DNA of 64,000 bases from Guillardia theta CCMP2712. Its lineage: Eukaryota; Protista; Cryptophyta. The stretch lies in contig NW_005434663.1 in the NCBI RefSeq assembly GCF_000315625.1, forward strand, positions 649,882 to 713,881, read 5' to 3'. How positions within the stretch are numbered: position 1 is the stretch's first letter; each line of letters starts with the position of its first letter. Position numbers and translations under genes: made by a program. The notes under the pieces were generated by a model. It was not told the DNA's origin, did not search any database, and was given only the letters and a program-made list of their open reading frames with translations. Below, in pieces: positions 13,436 to 24,676 of the stretch.

Positions 13436-16400
13436 ATGAGCAAGGTGGAGACCGAGTTGAAACAAAGACTATTGCCCTCTCCTCAAGATCCTCCCGGTGA
13501 AGGTCCACCTACCTACTGCTAAGTGGATTGCTCTAAGATCTCTTGCCTTCAGATCCAAACGCACAGAGGAGGGTGTTGAGTGCCGAGGCCGCAACCGACC
13601 TAGAGGAAGGATGTGGGACGAGGAGGATCGCTCTCCAGATCACCGGGATGACCTGCGCGAGCTGCGTCTCCAAGGTCGAGAGGACTATCTCCTCGCTGAG
13701 AGGAGTGAGCAACGTGTCCGTCAACCTCCTCACCGAGACTGCCGGTCTGAGATCGATCTCCAACACTTGTCAACTTGACTGATGTGACCGCACGCAAGGC
13801 CTTGAGATCTCGGCAGACATCGCGGTTGACGATGTCGTCCGAACGGTGGAGAACCTCGGCTATGGAGCTAAAGAGAAAGTGTCTGGATCGAAGGTGAACC
13901 TAGGGAGGCAAGGATTGTTCTCTGCTGATCTGAACAAGCAGGCTCTGTACTTTACCTTGTGGGCCGCTGGGACGTCCCTCTTGCATACCAAGGAAACGGT
14001 TGAGAGGTCTTTGAACCAACTGGGACTCAACAAGTACAAAGTCGTTCCTTTCGAGTCATCAGAGCCCGAGATTCAGCATCGCTTGCAAGCTATGTATCAC
14101 AATGACGGGGGGCCGACGTTCGATGCGATGTCGACGGTGGTTGTGCAGGGGTCGTTCTCCACAGCGGACATCACTGTAAGGGACCTGTTGGATCTGCTGT
14201 GGGACAAACAGTTGAAAGCTGGGAGCATTACGATGCCCAACCAGGTCAATCAGAATGGCGCGCTCCTCAAACGGAGGCAGCTCCAAAGGCTCCTGCTGGC
14301 CAGCTGCATCTTCACGGTCCCGTGCTTTCTGATTGCCATGGTGTTTCCTATGATACCGTCCCTGAATGTTGTGCTTTCGCAACGAATTTGGGGTGCAGTG
14401 AGTCTGGGAACGATTCTCACGTGGATCCTGTCGACGCCAGTTCAGTTTGTGATTGCCGCAAAGATGTACTACAAGGCCTACCGCACGATCCTCACAGGGA
14501 CGCCTGGAATGGAAGTGTTGATCATGACCGGCACCTCGGCCTCGTACATCTATTCCGTCATTGCGGTCATCATCTCCTCGGGAGCGGATTTCGAGCTGCA
14601 TTCCTTCTTCGAGACCGGGTCCATGCTCATCACCTTCGTCTACTTAGGCAAACTCCTGGAAGCGATAGCGACGGGACGGACCTCCATGGCGCTCGAGAAG
14701 CTGATGAACTTGCAGCCGGCCACTGCACTGATCGTGTATAACTTCGAGATGGACGATGATGGGGGCGGTGGGCGGCCGGGGGCATCAAGCCTGGAGAGGG
14801 AAGTTGATGTCGACCTCCTCAAAGTCGGAGACGTAGTCAAGGTTCTGCCTGGAGGCAAAATCCCCGCGGACGGGACCGTGATGCGGGGGAAGGGGTCAGT
14901 GAACGAGAGCATGATCACAGGCGAGTCTCTCCCGGTTGACAAGCAGCCCGGATCGAAGGTGATCTGCGGCACCATCAACCTGAACGGGTTCATCTACATG
15001 AGAGTTGAACAGACTGGCGATTCTACGATCCTCGCACAGATCGTCAACCTCGTCCAGGAGGCGCAGGCCTCCAAGACTGAGATCCAGCGGATCGCCGACG
15101 TCATCGCCGGAGTCTTCGTCAAGGTTGTCATAGTCATCGCACTCCTGACATGGATGACTTGGGTCTTGCTCGTGACCAACGGGTTCGCTCAGCCCGAATA
15201 TGAAGGCAACTTGCTCCATCCGACCGTCTTTGCGCTCATCTTTGCCATGTCGGTGTTGGTTATCGCATGCCCCTGTGCGCTCGGACTGGCGACTCCGACG
15301 GCCGTCATGGTGGGCACTGGAGTGGGAGCGAGGGAAGGGATCCTGATTAAGGGAGGGCGAGCGCTGGAGACGGCTCATCGCATCAGTGCGATCATCTTTG
15401 ACAAGACAGGTACTGTAACTCAGGGCAAACCGCAAGTCACAGGGCACTGGTGTGTCACTGCTGAGGGCTCTAGGAAGGAGGCGATCAGCACAATGATGTG
15501 GAGCTTGCTGGAGAGTGCAGAAGCAAACTCGGAACATCCACTGGGGCAGGCGATCCATCAGAAGGCTCGGACGATGTTGGAGAGCAGCGGGAGGGAGGAG
15601 GAGTCGTTGATGGGGCAAGTCGGCGGTCCCGAGGATGGAGGAGCAACAGACTTTGAGACCGTCGCTGGTCGTGGACTCAAGTGCAAGGTGAGCAGAGAGT
15701 CTGAGGGATCGATGGCGTGAGGCACCTGACAACAGGTGCGGGACATCGACGTGTGCATCGGAAATGCTGCCTTCATGCACGATGTTGGTGCTGTGTGGGC
15801 CAAAGACGTCGAAGGGGGAAGGGCAGGAGATCGGGCCAACGAGATCATTGCCGAATGGGAGTCGCAGGCAAGTACAAGCCTGCATGTAAGCGAGCGAGCC
15901 TGAGCTTGTCGCTACAGGGCTGTACCGTCGTCCTCGTCTCCATCCAAGGCATGATTATAGGGTGCTTGGCTCTGTCCGATCCCATTAAGGTCGAGGGCGT
16001 GTGCTGGTCTCGCCTTGCTGACGTCAGCGGCCTCTTCAGCCCGAGGCTAAGGATGTCGTCAACTGGTTGACGCAAAAGAAGATGGAGGTCTGGTTGGTCA
16101 CAGGCGACAACTCGCACGCAGGTCTTACGAGCATCTTCTAGTGACTCGCTGACTCTGCAGCATCAGCCATGCATGCTGCAAGAAGCATCGGCATCAGCAA
16201 CGTGCAAGCAGAGGTACTCAAGTCTCTCATCGACCTCCTGCTTGACCCCTCATGCTCAGACGTTCCCAGCCGACAAGGTTGCGCGCGTGAAGGCGCTGCA
16301 GGTTGAGGGTCGACTTGTGTGCATGAGCTAAAGGCGGAGGAGCAGGCGGAGGGCCATGTGGTCGCCATGGTAGGAGACGGGATCAACGACTCTCCTGCGC

Positions 16401-18143
16401 TCGCTCAGGTTCGTTGACTGACCGTCGAAACATGTGACTCGCTTCCAGGCTGATCTGGGGATCGCGATCGGAAGCGGCACAGACATCGCGATCGAGGCTG
16501 CGGACATTGTGAGGGGTCAAGATGCTTCGTCGTTCTTGTGACGGAGATTGCAGGTGCTGATGCATGCGAGCCTGCAGGACGTGGCCGTCGCCGTTCATCT
16601 CTCCATGGTGGAGCCCCTGCCGCTCCTCGTGCTCTGCCTTATCCTCCTTGCAGGCGACTTATCGTCGGATCATCATCAACTTCATCTGGGCCTTCTTCTT
16701 CAACATCATCGGCATCCCTCTTGCCGCCGGGCTGTTCCATCCTCTGGGTGTGCTGCTGCCCCCTGGGCGGCAGGACTTGCCATGGCACGGCAGTTCCCTT
16801 GCAGCCGGGTTGTCGACTGACGAGTCGACAGGCCTGCTCGTCAGTGTTGGTAGTGATGTCTTCCTTGCTCTTGAACCGATACAGGAGACCTGCCTTCAGC
16901 CGGGGGCAAGGTGACTCGTTTCCACATCCTCCTGCTATCGAGCACTGAACATGGCTGCTGACGCTACAGGAGCAAGGAGTCAGGCAACAGGAGCCCCCGT
17001 CCTCCACTCTCAGGGCATCCAGGCTGCCAATACGTCTTCCATGGTGGTCGGTTGCAGCTGTGGGAACACGGGTCCTTGACTGATCCCTCGTCCCTCCTCC
17101 CTTCTCACGTTGGAGTCCAGGGTGTCGCTGCCCCCCCATCCGCTACCTCTATCAGCCCTCGAGCGGCGGGTACGTTCCCGAGGAGCATCGCTGCGCGGAC
17201 TTTGGGTGCGAGGTGAGCGGGAAGGAGAAGGAGCGGCGGGGATGGTGGTGACGTGCTGCTGCCGCTGGCAGTCCTGCTCCAAGTGCAACGAGATCATCGA
17301 GAAGTCCAAGGAAGTTCGTTCAGTGCATGTGAAGAGCGCGGGCGATGGTCATGCCCTGCTCCTCAAGGTTCAGGGCATGTCGTGCGGAAAGTGCTCGAGC
17401 CGAGTGAACAAGTGCCTCTCGAAGCAGGTTGCCCGCCTCCTGCCGCCTGCCCTGCATTTCTGACCGCATGCTGTCAGGAGGGAGTGACGAGGGTTGAGGT
17501 CGACTTGGAGAGGGGGGAAGCGCGAGTATGGGGAGACGTTGTCAGCGCCGATGCAGTGCCTTGCGATCTTCGAGTCGAAGGGATGACCTGCTCCAAGTGC
17601 GAAAACCGGGTGAAGAAGATGATTCAGAAGATAACCAAGGAAGCTGTCATCAAGGTCAACCTCTCCAATGGGCTCGTTCAGGTCCACAAGGGCGCCAAGT
17701 TCATCGACCAGGTCGTGTCGGAGTTGTCCTCCAACGGGTATATGGCTCACAAGCTCCCTGGCAAGACCAGCGACGTGGATCTTTGCGCTTCCCTCGTGGA
17801 ACTGGGATACAATGCAACCACCATGGAGGGCTCCGGGCATGGCGGAGCAGCACAAGACGGCAGGAAGGTGGTCTACGTGTTTGGAGAGGCAGAACTGCGC
17901 GCTGGCTCTGAGATCAAGGCTTTGCTTCTTCAAGCTCTTGGAGCTGCGTACGACGACCGGGACCTTACCTTCATACCCATAGCCGTTCGTGACGAGCAAC
18001 GAGGAGCGCAAGAGGAGGAGCTGGCCGATCGCCAGCTCAAGCTCGTGTACATGGCATGGATGAAAGTGAATCCTGACGGGGATGATGAGAGGAGAGTGCT
18101 CGAAAGGCTCGTGACAAGAGGGTGGCAAGCATTTGTTGTCTGA
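13436..18143 (+). CDS. ATP7: P1B-type (Cu+-class) heavy-metal ATPase with an N-terminal HMA domain and a C-terminal Cys-rich/HMA extension
   Basis: [52 protein letters not shown] and MACSS. In-frame splicing continues into the GMSCGKC and GMTCSKC domains, ending at 18143. One apparent -1 frameshift at the C-run 16759-16763. Confidence 0.9.
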
Positions 18144-18230
18144 AAGGTATAACGATGTAGGACTGTCAGACACTTGAGTGAAGGCAATCGGGATGTTTTA
18201 TGACAAAACGCTCTCAAACGCTAAATACTC

Positions 18231-19280
18231 TTAACATGAAATGGCTTTTGCCAACACGTGTCGGTCACGCGTCAGTCCTGCCTGTTTGAGGAACTCCTTG
18301 AGCGAGAAGTGCCCTTCTTCTATCGCGATCTCTACTACCGTCCTTCCATCTGTACATCGGCAATTCAAGTCGGCTCCCCCCTCCAGCAGCGCTTGGAAGC
18401 TATCCACATCTCCCTTCTGCGCTGCGATGGCCAGTGCAGGAAAACCGTCAGCATCGCACAGTTCAGGGTTTGCGCCAGCGGCAAGCAGGAGCTTGATACT
18501 CTCGGTCTTGCCTTTCTTGGTGGCGCGGATCAAGGCAGTGCACCCGTCCGCATCCAGGGCATTTAGATCTCTGCAGTATTGCAGAAGAGCGGAGAGACAG
18601 CTGGCATAACAGGACGCAAAGTGCAGTGCCTTTTCGCCCTTGTCTGTCTTCGCCTCCGTGTCTGCTCCTGCCTTGACGAGGACCCGGATACACTCCGGCT
18701 CCACGCAGTTGGCTGCGTTCATCAGGGCAGTGCGTCCGTTCCTCATGCTCGCATTTGGATCAGCCTGAGCAGCCAGAAGCAACTCCAAGCACTTTGGGTC
18801 GCCACTGGTCGCCGCGTTCATGAGAGGAGTCCTCCCATTGATGCCGTTGTGAGCACCAGGATTGGCTCCTGAGTCCAACAAGAGCTTCAGGCAGCTGGTC
18901 CTCGCAGCCTTGACGGCAATGCAGCTGCTCGCATAGTGGCTCGAGGCGAAGTGCGCAGCTGTCTCACCGCAGTCGTTGATGGTGTTCGGGTTTGCTCCTG
19001 CTTGAAGGAGTTGCCCAACGATCTCTACATGTGCGAGCTTCGCAGCGGTCAACAGGCAGGCCTCGTTTCTTTGACGACAGATAGCGTTTGCATCCACATT
19101 GGAGTCAAGAAGGAGTTTAGTGAAGTCTGATTTCCCGCATCTCACTGCATGGATCAGTGCTTCCTCTTGCTTCTGCCTTGTTTCGTCAGAGCGCTTCCCG
19201 GACATGAGTCGCTTCAATCGTTCCATGTCATCGGTACTGACTGCTTCAACATAATCGCAAAAGTCATCTTCCCATAGCAT
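18231..19280 (-). CDS. Ankyrin-repeat protein (single exon, ~9 repeats)
   Basis: Repeated G-x-T-[AP]-L-x-x-A...LL-x-A-GA-[ND]-[PL]-N motifs. Confidence 0.92.
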   Translation of the reverse strand: MLWEDDFCDYVEAVSTDDMERLKRLMSGKRSDETRQKQEEALIHAVRCGKSDFTKLLLDSNVDANAICRQRNEACLLTAAKLAHVEIVGQLLQAGANPNTINDCGETAAHFASSHYASSCIAVKAARTSCLKLLLDSGANPGAHNGINGRTPLMNAATSGDPKCLELLLAAQADPNASMRNGRTALMNAANCVEPECIRVLVKAGADTEAKTDKGEKALHFASCYASCLSALLQYCRDLNALDADGCTALIRATKKGKTESIKLLLAAGANPELCDADGFPALAIAAQKGDVDSFQALLEGGADLNCRCTDGRTVVEIAIEEGHFSLKEFLKQAGLTRDRHVLAKAISC

Positions 19281-19540
19281 ATTTCTTCAAACGATCCTGA
19301 GGCAAATTGAAATGTGGACTTGACCCTCACAGGATGCTCGACAGGATGTATCAAGGTGATTCAACTCGATTTGTAGATGAGTGATGAGCTTTCCCTCCGA
19401 CTCCGCTCTGGTTCCAGGTCCAGGATGAGATTCTTTTGCCAGCTTTGCAGAAACGATCGAAGAGAGATAGGGAGGAGAGGAAAGGGAGCAGCCCTTGGCA
19501 GAACTTGGCGCAAGGCAGCAACAAGCAAGCAACAAGCAGC

Positions 19541-19580
19541 ACGGGGTTGGGGAACGGGTTGGGGAACGGGGTTGGGGAGG
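19541..19580 (+). repeat. G-tract tandem repeat (GGGGTTGGGGAAC-like) x3, potential G-quadruplex
   Basis: acggggttggggaacgggttggggaacggggttgggg, upstream of the ankyrin gene. Confidence 0.75.
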
Positions 19581-20309
19581 AGGCGGAGGAGATTAAAATC
19601 CTTGATGAACTTACAGGAAACCTGCAGGGATTGGGGTGGGGCAGCAGAGAGTTGAGGGTACAAGCTTACCCAAGTTTCATTAGTATCTCTATATAGAGAT
19701 TGCGATAGTCAACCCCTATCCCTTGAAGAAAACCAGTCAATGGCCAAAATTGAGGAATGGGGGGTGGGGTAGTAGAGGTGGGGTTGCTGCGAGATGATGC
19801 GAGATACCTACACCTGGCAGATCAAATTTTGAAAAAGAAATATTTCGTCTTTTGGGTACTATAATTTAAATTGGATGTAAAAGCAAGCACCACCCCCCAC
19901 CCCTGTCTTTCGACCATGAGCTCCTTAGTACCCAACAACTTTACCTCAATTTTACCCCTACTTACAGACCCCGAACCGTCAGGCGCATTCAAGTCCAACG
20001 GCGACCGGACATCTTTCGGAGGCTAATAAAGGTTATTAGCCTGTCTAAAAGGTTATTATAGCAGGTCCGTGGTCATGAAACTCCATTTCTCTTTGTGGTA
20101 CCTAGCGGCTGCTCGCTGTGTGAGGGTAACGTGACGGCGATAGAGATTGAAGGGTCGTAGAGCTCTCGAGATCGCATTCCGCTAGCAGTCTGATGGCATG
20201 TGCTAGTCCCAAGGGTCAGCAAAAGGGTCACGGAGCCTCCGACACTCTGACACGTACTGAGGCCGTGCCACTTGCCGTGCCCTAAGACCTTCACCTTGCC
20301 TTTTTGGAT

Positions 20310-20430
20310 ACGGTAGTACCCCGGGGCCCGCCGGGGGCCCCACCACAGCCACCCGACTGTTTCAGTCGGTGGCGGGTCCCGGGGGCCCGCCCGGGCGGCC
20401 GGGAGCGGCGGCGGGCCCCGGGTCACCGGG
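20310..20430. promoter_or_regulatory. GC/CpG-rich palindromic core of a divergent spacer
   Basis: Same vocabulary; includes a hairpin at 20348-20373. Confidence 0.4.
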
Positions 20431-20907
20431 TTGTCGTCGTACGCCCTGATTTTTCAAAGTTTAACTCAACTTTGAGTGAAGGCCGTTAGTAACCAAGACT
20501 GAGGTGTGATCGGAGTGTGATAAAGCCGTTGCCCAGTCGCAACATGCAACGCGGTGAGGACGAGCCTGGCATGGAGGCTCATCAGATGCAGCCAGCACCG
20601 TCAAGGACAAACCATGCCAGGCTCATCAGATGCAGCCAGCACAAGGACAAACTTGAAAGGGGCCGATGAAAGTTCAATGCCATGATGGCTGGTCTACCTC
20701 ACCTGGCTCCGAAGAGACGATGTCGCCTTGAATCATCGGATCCTCAAAGCTACTAGACAAGCATTTCAATCTCTGCGGAGTCCTTGTGGCCGCCCAAGTA
20801 CCTGAGTCACTGGCCGTTGATTCAGCAACTTGACTTTTCAACTTGAAGAAATTCGAATCAACAACTGCATCTCCTCACTTCACTCGGACTTGTGCACATC
20901 CTTCTAG

Positions 20908-22656
20908 ATGACTTCAAGCAGGGGTTGCGTCGAAATGCTGGAGCTCCTTGCTCAATTTAGCAGGGATCCCAATCAGCATACCATAGTTGGTCGCATGTTG
21001 AACTTAGTCTTGCATCAGTTTCCGTTGATCTCCAGGAACGACGATATCTTTAAGAAGTACCAAACAACAATAAGGCTGTTATGGCAGCAGCCGAATCTTC
21101 TCATGATCCATTCTTGCACTCTGAAGAGGATTGTGGGAATGGACTGCAACAGCGACTCCATTCTGTGCTCTCTTGTAGAAGTTATGATGCTGAAAACAGA
21201 TTTTCAGATAGCGGCATACATTGAAACGGTCTCTAGTTTCATTCTTTCTCGTCACTGTCGCTGCCTTGATCTTCTTGGGAGTTACGCAGTCTGCAAGCAT
21301 TTCTCGTCCAGGAAGACTGCAATGAGATGTCTCACCAAGGCAGCGATGAAGGACATGTCGTTGTTCGAGGCGTGCGTTAAGACCATTCTACAAAAACTGT
21401 CAGATGTCCATGTCAAGACAGATTTCTGTCTGGAGGCTCTCCTAGACCTGGCTCGATCAAGCTGCCTTGCATTCTTGGCTCTTATCGCGGAGCACATGAA
21501 TCGACTTGACCGTGACGGAAGAGTTTTCATTGCGGTCCTACACGTGATCAAAATCATCGCACATGACAGCAACTGGACCTCAAACTGTGTACACACTCTG
21601 AATATGAATTTGCAGCATGAAAGCAACTTGGCTCGCCAGAACGCTATACAAGCAATTGCTTTCGTTTGCAACAAAGAAACTACAAAGAATTACACTAGTG
21701 TGAAGACTACTCTTTACTTTCAGGACAGCGTTTCAACGTCAGAAATTCAACAATCTGTCCTCAAAGAGATGGCAAGGTATTTAGAACATTCCTCGAAAGA
21801 CGTACAGGAATCAGCCATATCTGCTTTCAAAGCCCTGAAAGAAGTGGGAGTCAGCAAAATCTCAATTGTTCAATGCGTTTCGAATTATCTTACCAATCCC
21901 TCAGAACAAATTCGTGATATGGCAGTTTACGGTATTTCGCAGATAATTTCCAACTCGGACACTGATTGTGTACACATCTTATTTGAGACGATGAAAAACT
22001 CTAGCGAGCTTCAAAGAAAATCTATTGTTCGCGCGCTGAGCAGAATTCTTCCAGAAACAAACATACGTGACATGAGCGCTACTTTGCCGAAGATAGAAAG
22101 CATCTACAGGGTGGAAATCGCTTTCACACTTCTTTCTTCACCTTCTACTTTCCTTACTGATGAGAAGGAGACTTTCTTAGGAACTCTGGCTCGGGTGACA
22201 GGAATTGCAGTTGAACGAATCAGTCTACGTGACGTCACTCGTGTCTCTCCATCAATAACACATGAAATATTGGCTAAAAGCGAACATGGACCAAAAACTT
22301 TGGGCTTGAACCAGAGCTATTGGAATTCGACAAAGCCGAATTCCAGAAAGAGGAGGGGAGCGGCTTACGGCGGTGCAATGACGGTGCGTGTCGAGTGTGA
22401 CATCCTTCTCAACAAGAATGAAACATGCGAGTTACTGTTTGATTCTGACAATCTGCAACAAGTTCTTTCCGAACAGGGTTACATTTGGCTGGAAGTAGTT
22501 CGACCCGCCTCGATTGCAAGCACGAACTCAACTCTGATTTCTCAGACAATGATGGATCTTTTGCAGGAGGAGCAGAGCCATCACGTGATACACGATGCCC
22601 TTAAAGTTCTCGAAGCCGTTGTCGAGCAGAAGCATATAGGGCTCAAATATATGTGA
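20908..22656 (+). CDS. HEAT/ARM-like helical repeat protein (5' end uncertain)
   Basis: 582-aa intronless ORF with HEAT-like units (LQHESNLARQNAIQAI, LEHSSKDVQESAISAF, LTNPSEQIRDMAVYGI, MKNSSELQRKSIVRAL). Confidence 0.7.
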   Translation: MTSSRGCVEMLELLAQFSRDPNQHTIVGRMLNLVLHQFPLISRNDDIFKKYQTTIRLLWQQPNLLMIHSCTLKRIVGMDCNSDSILCSLVEVMMLKTDFQIAAYIETVSSFILSRHCRCLDLLGSYAVCKHFSSRKTAMRCLTKAAMKDMSLFEACVKTILQKLSDVHVKTDFCLEALLDLARSSCLAFLALIAEHMNRLDRDGRVFIAVLHVIKIIAHDSNWTSNCVHTLNMNLQHESNLARQNAIQAIAFVCNKETTKNYTSVKTTLYFQDSVSTSEIQQSVLKEMARYLEHSSKDVQESAISAFKALKEVGVSKISIVQCVSNYLTNPSEQIRDMAVYGISQIISNSDTDCVHILFETMKNSSELQRKSIVRALSRILPETNIRDMSATLPKIESIYRVEIAFTLLSSPSTFLTDEKETFLGTLARVTGIAVERISLRDVTRVSPSITHEILAKSEHGPKTLGLNQSYWNSTKPNSRKRRGAAYGGAMTVRVECDILLNKNETCELLFDSDNLQQVLSEQGYIWLEVVRPASIASTNSTLISQTMMDLLQEEQSHHVIHDALKVLEAVVEQKHIGLKYM

Positions 22657-22765
22657 TCCATGAAATGATCCATGAATTTTCTATTTTTCAAAGGGATGCT
22701 CTATCATGCACAAGAACCATGATCATGATATGTATTCATTACCACACAGCAAGAACAACGAGGCT

Positions 22766-23497
22766 TTAACCCCTGCTCTTGAGGAAAGCGATGAGATCTG
22801 CACGATCCTCGGCCTTCTTCAGACCAGCAAACACCATCTTAGTACCGGGCATGTACTATCGAGCGCTGTCAGTTGCATCACAATAGCCCAGTCAAGCTTA
22901 CCTTCTTGGGATCCTGCAAGTAGACCTCAAGGTGCTTGTCACTCCAGATGATTCCAGAGTTCTTGTTGGCAGCCGAGTACGCAAACCCGGCTACCTGGCC
23001 TGACTCACGTCCAATGATACCCCACAAATTGGGTCCCTGTCCGTTCTTTCCACCCTGAACCATTCTTTAGCAAACAAGGCGCACTAAATGTCTAGCAGTT
23101 TGAAAACAAGACATAAACAAAACAAAATCGAAGAAAGTCGAAGAGCACTGTCAACAGATGCATTGCCGTGGAATAGATTGGGAGAAAGCGACACAACTCA
23201 TGACATCAGATTCAGTCATAAGCTTGAGTAAACATAAAGGAACTCTAACACACTTTCGACGGCATCTATAATGTCTACAAGGAGCCTGGTCAGGCCAACA
23301 ATCAACATCACAGGACACATCGTGTCTGGCAAATCCCCACGCTGTCACGAGACCATAGATTCCAGACATCCCTCGCAACAAGTAAGGGTTCTAACCTGGT
23401 CGGCATTGTGGCACTGGGCGCACTTGGTCTTGAAGATCTTCGCACCCTTCTCGACATTTCCGTCGGCTACAGTCACATCCGGCTCAGGGATACCCAT
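22766..23497 (-). CDS. CYC1: Mitochondrial cytochrome c (3 exons)
   Basis: [34 protein letters not shown] | [51 protein letters not shown] | [29 protein letters not shown]. The CxxCH motif and the PGTKM Met ligand are intact. Confidence 0.97.
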
Positions 23498-24676
23498 GGT
23501 GTTCGCTGCTTCTCGCTGCTTGCTTGAGGTTGCTCAGAATGTGGGGGTAGGGTCTGGTTGGGGTGCATATCCCACGGCCTCGGGGTAAGTTGATGGTAGA
23601 TAAGGGGGGTAGTCGTGCAAGGACACTGTACGACGATGGGAAATAAGGGGGTATGTCACGGGCTCAGTACGGGTCCTGCGAGATGATTTCTTATTCTGCA
23701 AGGTAGGGGTGTGCAATGAGTCCACTGACCGGTGGATGGCGATGAGGGGGTGGGGTGGAGGAGGGGTGATGAATGTGGTACGAGGCGTAGAATGGGGATC
23801 TGGATGGGTGGGTCCCATGTACCCCCCTTGCCCTGAGACCCTTGAGGATCTTGGGGGATCTGTGACTGAGGTGGAAGGGGGTAGAGACAGGGGGGTGGTG
23901 GAATGCGTAGGGTGGTAGGGGGTAGGGGAGGAGCGGGAGCTTGGGAGTGTGTCCACGTGCTGATGCGATGGAGCGATCCTATTTCTCAATTTAAAAATCA
24001 GTATATTGAAAAGAAACTCAATTATTCCATAGTACAGATTCAATTCTTATTTCAATTTACAATGGAAATTATTTGTATGTTAAAATTGAAAGGTAATAAT
24101 TTGTTTCCAAATTACATCTATATATATTCCCAACGGTAATGATTTCAGTACCAGTCACTCTCAATAATCGTACCAGTTCCTTTTTTGTCAAGGAGCTCTA
24201 GCGGGAGGGCGTCAAGGGGGGTAGAGGGTCCATAATGAATATTATATGGGTAGGTCATTGTATATCCAAAGGGAGGGTAGGGTCAAACATAAGTGATCAG
24301 ATGGTGGGGTGGGACATAGACATGCTACGTATCAGCTGTCATCCATAAAAAAGAGCTCTGAGGCGAGCCAGTAAAACCAATTTCTGTGGCCCGGCGGCCC
24401 CGGGCCCGGCCCGAGAGTAAAATGCTAGCTGGAGTACTTGGTGTCCGTCCGATAACCGTTACGATCTCCGTTATCCTTGGCCCTTGGTCCCGCAGGCCGC
24501 GAATGAATGGTGGTGTGAAGGTAAGCGGAGGACGAACGCTGATGAGAGAGTTGAGGCCGATAGAGGGGTTAGAGAGGTGAAACGATTCTATTGACCTCTG
24601 TTGTGTATCATAGTGACTATCCCCAACCTGTTCTCTGGTGCTTCTTCTTGTCTTAACCTGATTTCAATGCATACAG

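Noticed and set aside
20200-20300. RNase P or telomerase RNA (GAAGGTCT; single CCCTAA)
   Set aside because: No matching CR-V/P4 partner and no 1.5-repeat template.
23056-23395. TPP riboswitch in the cytochrome c intron
   Set aside because: The conserved CUGAGA and downstream aptamer motifs are absent.
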